NCBI GenBank assembly: GCA_016875755.1
Contig: VGOX01000001.1
Coordinates: 1 to 41,691 of the forward strand
DNA: 41,691 bases
Source of the DNA: Chloroflexota bacterium
GTDB lineage: Bacteria > Chloroflexota > Anaerolineae > Anaerolineales > Villigracilaceae
Reading direction: 5' to 3'
The notes under the pieces are model-generated. The model saw nothing but the letters and a program-made list of their open reading frames with translations, ran no database searches and had not been told where the DNA came from. Made by a program: the position numbers and the translations under genes. This document shows, piece after piece, positions 9,006 through 16,300 of the stretch. Within the stretch, counting starts at the first letter, position 1, and each line of letters begins with the position of its first letter.

Positions 9006-9398
9006 TTATACAACTTCGGCTACCACGGTCTTCACATCGAATGTGGGTGGGTGCTCCAAGGTCTTCTTCACCTTGCACAATTCTGCCGAGCGGATGAGCG
9101 CTGCATGATACTGCTCAGGGAAGGAGGGCGGAACCTGAATTTCCAATTCGATGTTATTTATCATGCCATTGGCAGGGTTGGCATAATTGTGTTGCACGAT
9201 ACGAATACCGTCCGTGGGTAAATTCCGCTGTTGGCAAAAGCCGAGGACGTAGATTCCAGCGCACGTCCCGATGGAGGCGAGAAAGAGTTCGAACGGCATC
9301 GGCGCGGTGTTATCGTTCGGCTGGTCGGTCATTACGGTATGACCGCGGAAGTGGGCGTCTACTTTTTGACCGCCAGGGAAGTCAATGATCATTTCCAT
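9006..9398 (-). CDS. OsmC family protein
   Basis: TDQP, PFELFLASIGTC and a second Cys in CKVKKTL. Start set at MEMIIDF (9398), after AAGGA. Confidence 0.88.
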   Translation of the reverse strand: MEMIIDFPGGQKVDAHFRGHTVMTDQPNDNTAPMPFELFLASIGTCAGIYVLGFCQQRNLPTDGIRIVQHNYANPANGMINNIELEIQVPPSFPEQYHAALIRSAELCKVKKTLEHPPTFDVKTVVAEVV

Positions 9399-9597
9399 GT
9401 TTGTGAAATCCTTTACAAGTGTTGGTATACCTTTTAGATGCAAGTGTACAGAAAAAGTTACACGAATTCAAAACCAGTTACACCTCTTTTACCCTGCTTC
9501 CGTATATCAACCATGCCTGTATTAGCGTTTGATACGAAACAAATCTACTCCATCAAATCAGAATATAATCAAACCACCACTCATAAGGAGAACTAAA

Positions 9598-9957
9598 ATG
9601 ACCGATAAAAAGACATCCAACATTACCGTTGTCCAGCAGGAAGGCGGTGTGGTGCGCAATATCCTTAATCAATTGAAACTCATCTTCCGCCTCATGGGCG
9701 ATCGCCGAGTCAGTTTCCTTGCCAAGCTCATCCCCCTCGGCACACTTGTCTACCTCGTCTCGCCTGTCGATGCCATCTCCATCCCTGTCATCGGCGTGGT
9801 GGATGATGCCGCCCTGCTCTGGCTCGGTTCCTACATCTTCACCGAACTCTGCCCGCCTGAAGTCGTTGCCGAACACATGAAGGCGCTTAGCAGCAACCTG
9901 ACATCTGGTGCAGACAGTGATGTTGTCGATGGCGAAGCGACAGACGTAAAAGAGTAA
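9598..9957 (+). CDS. YkvA/DUF1232 family membrane protein
   Basis: YLVSPVD..P.IGVVDDA motif; SD AAGGAG before ATG 9598. Confidence 0.85.
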   Translation: MTDKKTSNITVVQQEGGVVRNILNQLKLIFRLMGDRRVSFLAKLIPLGTLVYLVSPVDAISIPVIGVVDDAALLWLGSYIFTELCPPEVVAEHMKALSSNLTSGADSDVVDGEATDVKE

Positions 9958-11177
9958 TGAAACGTTTTTTGATCTTTTTACTGACGTTGACCCTTGCCGC
10001 CTGCGGACGATTTTCAGATACCGCCGCGCCAACCGTTACGCCTCTTTCCCAGCCGACAGTTGCTCCCGCCGCCCAAACAGACTCTCAACCCGAGGCTCCT
10101 GCCACTGAGCAACCGACACAGATCCCCAATGCGGGCAGCTTCCCCAATGCCGCTGAATACGAATGGCGTCCGATCATCGCTGGCGGATTGACCCGGCCTG
10201 TAGATTTACAATCTGCGTTTGATGGTTCGGGCAGGTTGTTCATCATTGAAAAATACGGTGCGATTCGCATTTTCGAGAACGGGCAATTGCTCGATCAACC
10301 ATTTCTCAACATTGACGACCGCGTAGATGACGGTAGTAACGAAATGGGTTTGCTCGGCTTGGCGTTCCATCCCAACTATGAGCAGAACGGATATTTCTAC
10401 GTCAATTACACGGGTGAGGGCGGCGCTACCCGCATTTCACGCTTTACCGCCAGCGGAAACACTGCCGACCCGAACAGCGAACAAGTGATGCTGGTCATCG
10501 AACAGCCATTTCCAAATCATAATGGCGGCGCAGTTGCTTTTGGTCCAGATGGCTACCTGTACCTCGGTCTTGGTGATGGCGGCGCGGCAGGCGACCCGCA
10601 GAAGCACGGACAAAATACAAGCACCATGCTTGGCGCCATTCTACGCATCGACGTGAATAACGGCGACCCATACGCCATCCCTGCTGACAACCCCTTTGGC
10701 AATGAAATTTGGGCCTATGGCCTTCGCAACCCCTGGCGCATGTCGTTCGACAGCCTCACCGGTGATTTGTGGATCGGTGATGTGGGGCAGGGCAATTGGG
10801 AGGAGATCGACTTCCTACCCGCTGGCTCACCCGGTGGTGCGAATTTCGGCTGGAGCATCATGGAAGGCAGTTATGGCTACGATGGCGAACCCCAACCCGA
10901 CCTGCTTCTTCCTGCCACAGAATACAACCACGATTTCGGATGTTCTGTCACGGGCGGGTATGTTTATCGCGGTGCGATGCCCGAATGGAACGGCGTGTAT
11001 CTGTACGGTGACTATTGCTCAGGCACGGTTTGGGGGCTGATCCTCTCCAATGGGCAGTGGCAGTCTCAGGTCATGTTTGAAGCGGATGAGAGAATCACAT
11101 CTTTTGGTCAGGATGAAAATGGAGAAATCTATCTCGTCAGCGATGACGGTGGAGTCTTCATTCTTGCAAGGAAATAA
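9957..11177 (+). CDS. PQQ-dependent (glucose/sorbosone-type) sugar dehydrogenase lipoprotein
   Basis: LAAC lipobox; motifs GLLGLAFHP, NHNGG..FGPDGYLY.GLGDGG, AYGLRNPWR and DVGQ..EE. Confidence 0.9.
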   Translation: MKRFLIFLLTLTLAACGRFSDTAAPTVTPLSQPTVAPAAQTDSQPEAPATEQPTQIPNAGSFPNAAEYEWRPIIAGGLTRPVDLQSAFDGSGRLFIIEKYGAIRIFENGQLLDQPFLNIDDRVDDGSNEMGLLGLAFHPNYEQNGYFYVNYTGEGGATRISRFTASGNTADPNSEQVMLVIEQPFPNHNGGAVAFGPDGYLYLGLGDGGAAGDPQKHGQNTSTMLGAILRIDVNNGDPYAIPADNPFGNEIWAYGLRNPWRMSFDSLTGDLWIGDVGQGNWEEIDFLPAGSPGGANFGWSIMEGSYGYDGEPQPDLLLPATEYNHDFGCSVTGGYVYRGAMPEWNGVYLYGDYCSGTVWGLILSNGQWQSQVMFEADERITSFGQDENGEIYLVSDDGGVFILARK

Positions 11178-11218
11178 AGACTTATCACATCCTAAATAGG
11201 CGGTTTGTCATTCGAGTT

Positions 11219-11262
11219 TGTGACGCCTGTCACTGGTGTGACAGGCGTTTATCTTTTAAACT
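11219..11262 (+). promoter_or_regulatory. Putative CRP/FNR-type site overlapping a hairpin, with a downstream -10
   Basis: TGTGA-CGCCTG-TCACT at 11219-11234, TAAACT at 11257-11262, perfect inverted repeat at 11223-11248. Confidence 0.4.
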
Positions 11263-11289
11263 GGGGGCATCAGAGTAAAGGAGGCAGAT

Positions 11290-11508
11290 ATGGCAGAAAA
11301 GATTTGGCAGGTCGAAAAAATCCAATTCTGCGAGCATGTTGGTGAGGAAGTGTCCATTGAAGATGAAGTGGCATACCCCGCTGAATATCTGCCAGACCAG
11401 CCCCCGCGAGTTCTTGCGCGACGCTGCTCCCACATGATCGAGTGCAATATGCTGGAGAAACCAGCCTGCTCTCTCTGTGGTACCAACCCTGATATGAACC
11501 TTGTGTAA
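11290..11508 (+). CDS. Small Cys-rich hypothetical protein (72 aa)
   Basis: Strong SD AAGGAGG; five Cys; plausible composition. Confidence 0.75.
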   Translation: MAEKIWQVEKIQFCEHVGEEVSIEDEVAYPAEYLPDQPPRVLARRCSHMIECNMLEKPACSLCGTNPDMNLV

Positions 11509-11569
11509 GCGAGCAATTCAAAAAGTTGCTCTTCCAAACTCTCTCCTCCCTCTGAGTTGGTCTTAAGGC

Positions 11570-11592
11570 TACGCCGCGCACTGCGCGGCGTA
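11570..11592. terminator. GC-rich hairpin between convergent genes
   Basis: TACGCCGCGC-ACT-GCGCGGCGTA perfect stem; no clear U-tract. Confidence 0.45.
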
Positions 11593-11609
11593 TGCCGTTA
11601 AATAGCATC

Positions 11610-11686
11610 TCATTGCGAGCGGCAACGAAGAAATCTCATGAATGCGTCATACACAAGATTGCTTCGGGTTTTGCCCTCGCAATGAC
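11610..11686. repeat. REP/MITE-like palindromic element (TCATTGCGAG...CTCGCAATGA)
   Basis: Terminal 10-bp inverted repeat plus an inner CGAAG-AATCT/AGATT-CTTCG inverted repeat. Confidence 0.7.
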
Positions 11687-11690
11687 ATTA

Positions 11691-12410
11691 TCATAACCCG
11701 CGCACAAAATCCCGCACGCTTGAGTCGGCGGGGTTTTCTTTGATCTGCTGCGGTTCCCCAACCTGTTTCAATTCACCCTCGGCCACCACTGCCACACGGT
11801 CGCCGAATTGTGCGGCTTCCTTCAAGTTATGGGTGACAAAGATGGTCGTGCGGTGTTCGTGCGTCAGCACTTTCGAGAGGTCTTCCAATAATTTTTCACG
11901 CGTCTGCGGATCAACCGCTGAAAACGGCTCGTCCATCAAAAGCAATTCAGGATCAAGAACGAACGCCCGTGCCAGGCTGACACGCTGCGCCTCACCGCCT
12001 GAAAGTTGACCTGCTCTGCGCTTCAGAAGATGACCTACGCCCATGGCATTTGCCCACTTATGGACTCGCTCTACCGTTTCCTGTTTATCCATCCTGCGGA
12101 ACTTCAACCCCAGTGCAATATTATCGCGAACTGACATATCCATCAGCAACGGGTCTTGAAAGACAAAGGCGATGCGGCGGCGGTATTCAAGGTCGCTCCA
12201 CTCGCGCTGACGCTTGCCATGCAAGCGAATATCGCCCCGCGCGGCGGGGAGCAGCCTTGCCAACGCCAGCAGGAGGGTGCTCTTGCCTGCCCCGTTTGGA
12301 CCCACCACAGCAAGCGTTTCTCCCTTTTTGATTTCCAGATGATTTACAGTGAGTACATCCCGTCCATTGCGCTGAATGAGCAGGTCTTGAATTTCGAGGA
12401 TGGTTGTCAT
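11691..12410 (-). CDS. tupC: Tungstate ABC transporter ATP-binding subunit
   Basis: Motifs GPNGAGKST, LSGGEAQR and LLMDEP. The ATGA overlap with tupB fixes the start at 12410. Confidence 0.85.
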   Translation of the reverse strand: MTTILEIQDLLIQRNGRDVLTVNHLEIKKGETLAVVGPNGAGKSTLLLALARLLPAARGDIRLHGKRQREWSDLEYRRRIAFVFQDPLLMDMSVRDNIALGLKFRRMDKQETVERVHKWANAMGVGHLLKRRAGQLSGGEAQRVSLARAFVLDPELLLMDEPFSAVDPQTREKLLEDLSKVLTHEHRTTIFVTHNLKEAAQFGDRVAVVAEGELKQVGEPQQIKENPADSSVRDFVRGL

Positions 12411-13057
12411 CGTTTCCCCTTCTGCTGGATCCATGTCAATGCCAGGTTGATGAGATAGGTGAGGACAAGCAGCAACGCCGAAAGCGCCAGCGCATTCTCG
12501 AATTCGCCTTTGGAGGTTTCGAGCACAATGGCAGTAGTCAGCACGCGCGTCTGCCCTTTTATATTCCCGCCCACCATCATGGATGCGCCGACCTCAGAAA
12601 TGACCGAGCCGAAGCCCGCCATCAACGCCGCCAACAGCGGAAGCCGCGCCTCCCGCCATAGGTGCCAGATCATCTGGAGTCGCGAAGCGCCGAGTCCGAG
12701 TAGCTGCTGTTTCAGTCGCGGGTCAAGCGCTTCGAGTGCGGCAGTGGTCAACCCTGCCACCACAGGCGCGGAGATGACCGTCTGCGCGATGATGATCGCC
12801 CACGGGGTGTAGATGAGGCGCAAATCTCCAAGCGGACCGCTGCGCCAGAGCATCATTGCCACCACCAAGCCAACGACGACGGGCGGAAGCGCCATGCCTG
12901 TGTTGACGATGCTCAACAGGAGGGAGCGTCCGCGGAAGTTGCCGAGGGCGAGCCATGTGCCAAACGGAAGTCCGATCAGCAGGCTGATGATGGTTGCCAG
13001 CCCCGAAACTTGCAGGGAAAGGGATGTGATTTGGAAAACTTCGGAATTGAAAATCAT
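12407..13057 (-). CDS. tupB: Tungstate ABC transporter permease
   Basis: Motifs LPPVVVGL, SEVGASMMVGGNI and TRVLTTAIVLET. Confidence 0.9.
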   Translation of the reverse strand: MIFNSEVFQITSLSLQVSGLATIISLLIGLPFGTWLALGNFRGRSLLLSIVNTGMALPPVVVGLVVAMMLWRSGPLGDLRLIYTPWAIIIAQTVISAPVVAGLTTAALEALDPRLKQQLLGLGASRLQMIWHLWREARLPLLAALMAGFGSVISEVGASMMVGGNIKGQTRVLTTAIVLETSKGEFENALALSALLLVLTYLINLALTWIQQKGKR

Positions 13058-13090
13058 TGCGCGGAGTTATACCCTTTTTAAGTGATGTAT

Positions 13091-13149
13091 AAAAAAAGAC
13101 CGTAGACGATGGACGGCAAACGGTGGTCGGCGGTCTATCGTCTACGGTC
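13091..13149 (-). terminator. Hairpin built of heptamer repeats, terminator-like, between tupA and tupB
   Basis: GACCGTAGACGATGGAC / GTCTATCGTCTACGGTC 17-bp stem (one G:U-type mismatch), followed by T7 on the minus strand. Confidence 0.65.
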
Positions 13150-13162
13150 ATAAGGTCTTATT

Positions 13163-14113
13163 TTATCCGTCAAGACCCAATTCTGCGGGGTCACGCCCGG
13201 CATCGGGGAAGAAGAGCGGCGCGCCGTATTTATCCACGCCGAACTCGCCAATGACTGCCTGTGTTTCAGGGGCGACCATGAAGTTGGCGAATGCAAGACC
13301 GCCTTCGCTGTTGATCTGGTCGGACTTGTCAGGGTTGACGGTGATGACATGGTAAATGTTCAGCAGACCAGGCTCACCTTCCACCAAGATTTCGAGTTGA
13401 TAGTTATCCTTGTTAGCGAGGTAGGTGGCGCGGTCGGTGAGGATGTAGGCGCCCTTCTCTGAAGCGACGATCATCGAAGCGCCCATGCCCTGACCTGTTT
13501 CAACATACCATGCCTGCCCGGCGGGGTCGAGCGCGGCGGCTTTCCACAGCGCGAGTTCTTTCTTGTGCGTACCCGAATCATCGCCGCGGGTGATGAATTC
13601 TGCGCCTGCGTTGAAGATGGCAGTGAAGGCTTCGGCGGCGGTTGCCATGCCCTTAATGCCAGCAGGGTCGGCGGCGGGGCCAACGATCACGAAGTCGTTG
13701 TGCATCACGAGGAAGCGGTCAACGCCGTGACCTGCTTCCATGAAAGTCACTTCCGAAGCGGGTGCGTGGACGAGCAGCACATCAGCATTGCCTTCTTCGC
13801 CCATCTTCATCGCTTCACCCGAGCCGACGGCAATCGTCTGTACGGTGTAGCCGCTTTGTTCTTCGAACAGCGGCACGAGCACATCCAGCAAACCAGAGTC
13901 CTGTGTGGAGGTGGTGGTGGCGAGGATGATGTTCGGGTTGGCGGGCGCGGCGGCTTCAGTCGGCGCTTCTGTTGGGGCTTCAGTAGCGGGCACTTCGGTG
14001 GCAACCGGCTCGGGTGCAGGAGCCTCTGTGGGGGCGGGGGATGCGCATGCGCTCACCATCAAGGCAAGCGCCAGCATCAAGGTCAAAAAGAGGTTACGGG
14101 TTGTGTGTTTCAT
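13163..14113 (-). CDS. tupA: Tungstate ABC transporter substrate-binding lipoprotein
   Basis: VSAC lipobox; signature LATTTSTQDSGLL; motifs HAP, NDFVIVGP and RGDDSGTH. Confidence 0.92.
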   Translation of the reverse strand: MKHTTRNLFLTLMLALALMVSACASPAPTEAPAPEPVATEVPATEAPTEAPTEAAAPANPNIILATTTSTQDSGLLDVLVPLFEEQSGYTVQTIAVGSGEAMKMGEEGNADVLLVHAPASEVTFMEAGHGVDRFLVMHNDFVIVGPAADPAGIKGMATAAEAFTAIFNAGAEFITRGDDSGTHKKELALWKAAALDPAGQAWYVETGQGMGASMIVASEKGAYILTDRATYLANKDNYQLEILVEGEPGLLNIYHVITVNPDKSDQINSEGGLAFANFMVAPETQAVIGEFGVDKYGAPLFFPDAGRDPAELGLDG

Positions 14114-14139
14114 GTTCCATCCTTTATATAAATTTTTTT

Positions 14140-14157
14140 ATTAAGTATAAACTTAAT
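14140..14157. promoter_or_regulatory. Candidate operator upstream of tupA
   Basis: Palindrome ATTAAGT-ATAA-ACTTAAT; its core TAAG-N6-CTTA recurs at 15161-15174. Confidence 0.55.
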
Positions 14158-14177
14158 TGAAATGACAAAATAAAAAA

Positions 14178-15152
14178 TCAGAGTCTCACCAGTTCGCCGC
14201 TATGTTTTGAGCTATAGCCCGTCAATGTGGTCAGCATCTCACGGAAATTTTTTGTCTGGATGTATTCGAGCAGCAGGTTGAGATTCTGCTCCTGCTCGCG
14301 CGGCAGGACGAGATCGTAGCGTTCTTCAAAGAGCGGGATGAAATCCAATCCATTTTGATGCGCCGCCGCTTGCAACCCAAGTGACACATCCACCTTGTTT
14401 TGGGCGACTAAGTTCGCCGCTTCACTATGTGTTTTTACTTGATTCTCGTACCCCGAAATTTGCTCCACTGGAACCTTATGCTTGCGCAATTCAGCATCCA
14501 GCCATAAGCGTGTGCCCGAACCAGCATTGCGATTCGCAAAACGGATATTCGGGTTGGCTATATCTGAGATATTCCTGATGCCCTTCGGATTTCCGCTTGC
14601 GATCATCAAGCCCTGAGTGCGATACGCGAGGGTGATCACCTCCACATCGCGGTCTGGGAAGAGACGTTTGACAAAGGGTGTGTTGTATTCACCGTTGACA
14701 TCCAACAGGTGCGAACCGCTGATCTGACACAGTCCCTGCCGCAGGTTCACCAACCCATCCAACGAACCGACGGGCAGGCTGAGCAAATTGACATGCTTTG
14801 CCAAATACTCGGTCACGTTCTCGAGGGCGATATCGTGACTGCCAGAAAAGATGACCGAAGGTTTCTTACTCTTGGGTAGGATGATCTCCTGCACGAGCAA
14901 TGCATCCGCTTTGGCGCGGTAGAACTTCTCCATCACCTTACCCGTGCGGCGCACTTCGCTGATCTCGATCAAGCCCGCAGATTCCAATGCCAGGATGTGG
15001 TGCCGTACCCACGCGGGTGACTGCTTCAAGGTCCGCGCGAGATGCGTAAGCGTGGCAGGAGCAGCCATCAGCAGACGCAAAATATCCATGCGGCGTGAAT
15101 CCGCCAGCAGTTTGATCTTGTCGAAGGAGTTGATGGGTGAGATTGTTTTCAT
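14178..15152 (-). CDS. ArsR-type HTH regulator fused to a PBP-like (oxyanion-binding) domain
   Basis: N-terminal winged HTH (LADSRRMDILRLL...HHILALESAGLI); C-terminal GSHD, GSLDGL, NRNAGSGTR and EERYDLV. Confidence 0.85.
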   Translation of the reverse strand: MKTISPINSFDKIKLLADSRRMDILRLLMAAPATLTHLARTLKQSPAWVRHHILALESAGLIEISEVRRTGKVMEKFYRAKADALLVQEIILPKSKKPSVIFSGSHDIALENVTEYLAKHVNLLSLPVGSLDGLVNLRQGLCQISGSHLLDVNGEYNTPFVKRLFPDRDVEVITLAYRTQGLMIASGNPKGIRNISDIANPNIRFANRNAGSGTRLWLDAELRKHKVPVEQISGYENQVKTHSEAANLVAQNKVDVSLGLQAAAHQNGLDFIPLFEERYDLVLPREQEQNLNLLLEYIQTKNFREMLTTLTGYSSKHSGELVRL

Positions 15153-15222
15153 CTATGGCATAAGGGAAAACTTAACGGTGAGTCTAAAAGAAAAAATGAG
15201 ATGAGTCAAGCATAATTTTTAT

Positions 15223-15251
15223 TTGACATGCCCTATCCGCTATGTTATAAA
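15223..15251 (+). promoter_or_regulatory. Sigma70 promoter for the SAM riboswitch leader
   Basis: TTGACA-17 bp-TATAAA with an extended TG. Confidence 0.75.
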
Positions 15252-15273
15252 AAAGAACAAATTTGTGATTCTG

Positions 15274-15377
15274 TACTCATCCAGAGAGGTTGAGGGAACG
15301 GCCCTGTGAAGCCTCGGCAACCGTTTAAGCGGTGCCAATTCCGTCGTAAGGATAATTTCCCTACGGAAGATGAGAGT
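15274..15377 (+). ncRNA. SAM-I riboswitch (S-box)
   Basis: Conserved elements CTCATCCAGAG, GAGGGA..GGCCC..GAAGCC, GCAACC, GGTGCCAATTCC and GATGAG; lies upstream of metH. Confidence 0.95.
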
Positions 15378-15394
15378 TGCGTGTGTTGAATACC

Positions 15395-15420
15395 GCCTCT
15401 CATGTGGAGAGGCTTTTTTT
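15395..15420 (+). terminator. SAM-I expression-platform terminator
   Basis: GCCTCTC/GAGAGGC stem plus T7. The 5' arm (CTCTCAT) can alternatively pair with the aptamer's ATGAGAG. Confidence 0.85.
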
Positions 15421-15439
15421 ATTAAGTTTGGAGTTGAAA

Positions 15440-15778
15440 ATGGAAATCGGCGAAACAATTTACGTGACCACCCGCGAGGAATTCCGCACGTGGTTGGAAG
15501 AGAATTACAAGACCAGCAAAGAGATCTGGTTGATTCAATACAAAAAGGTGACGAAGAAGCCATCCATCCCTTATGCGGATGCGGTGGAGGAAGCCATCTG
15601 CTTTGGCTGGATCGACGGCTTCGAAAAAGGCATGGACGGCGACCGTTATGCCACCCGTTTTACGCGTCGCAGGCAGAAATCGAATTGGACGGATACCAAT
15701 ATCGAGCGCGCCCGCAGGATGATCGAAGAAGGCAAAATGACCGAGGCTGGGCGGACGTTTTTGCCAAAGGGTATCTAA
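15440..15778 (+). CDS. YdeI/OmpD-associated (OmdA-like) family protein, N-terminal type
   Basis: Motifs FRTWLEEN, EAICFGWIDG, RFTRRR..SNW and GKMTEAG; GGAG before ATG 15440. Confidence 0.85.
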   Translation: MEIGETIYVTTREEFRTWLEENYKTSKEIWLIQYKKVTKKPSIPYADAVEEAICFGWIDGFEKGMDGDRYATRFTRRRQKSNWTDTNIERARRMIEEGKMTEAGRTFLPKGI

Positions 15779-15807
15779 AGCGTGCAGGAATTCAGATGTG
15801 AAGCTAT

Positions 15808-16242
15808 ATGAACGAAAAAATAACGATCTCCATCGCTTCTGTGGACGACGCACATGCCATTTCAAGATTGAACCTGCTCTTCAACGAAGCAGACGAATCC
15901 GCCGAAAACATCGCCGCTCGCATGAGTGACCCGAACTGTGTGGAAACGGTCATCCTTGCCAAAGTTGTAGATGAAGCCGTTGGATTTGCCCTCGTGCGTG
16001 TGGTGCCCAGCGTTTTATACGCCGCCCCTCACACCGAGTTGACCGAGTTGTATGTAATGGAAGAATTCCGTCAGCAAGGCATTGCAAGTGACTTGATTGC
16101 CTTCGCTGAGCAAGTCGCTGTTCAAAAAGGTGCGCGAAGCATCCTTGTGCAAACGGGTGATGATAATTTGTCCGCGCTGGCGCTTTATAAAAAACATGGT
16201 TATGAAGAGTATGATCTTACACTGAAGAAAAAACTTTTCTGA
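15808..16242 (+). CDS. GNAT family N-acetyltransferase
   Basis: ELYVMEEFRQQGIA (motif A) and N..ALALYKKHGY (motif B). Confidence 0.88.
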   Translation: MNEKITISIASVDDAHAISRLNLLFNEADESAENIAARMSDPNCVETVILAKVVDEAVGFALVRVVPSVLYAAPHTELTELYVMEEFRQQGIASDLIAFAEQVAVQKGARSILVQTGDDNLSALALYKKHGYEEYDLTLKKKLF

Positions 16243-16300
16243 TAATCCAGTTCATCTGAGTTTATCTGTGGTAAAAAAAACGATAAGGAAAAAATAATTA

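Noticed and set aside
13098-13149. Short repeats as a possible CRISPR array
   Set aside because: The units are 7-nt tandem or inverted repeats with no unique spacers, and there are no cas genes in the window.
14114-14177. Moco/tungsten-cofactor riboswitch upstream of tupA
   Set aside because: The intergenic region is only 64 nt and AT-rich, too short and unstructured for that RNA.
15370-15801. Alternative ORFs starting inside the riboswitch or terminator
   Set aside because: They overlap the RNA element. The SD and the family motif support ATG 15440.
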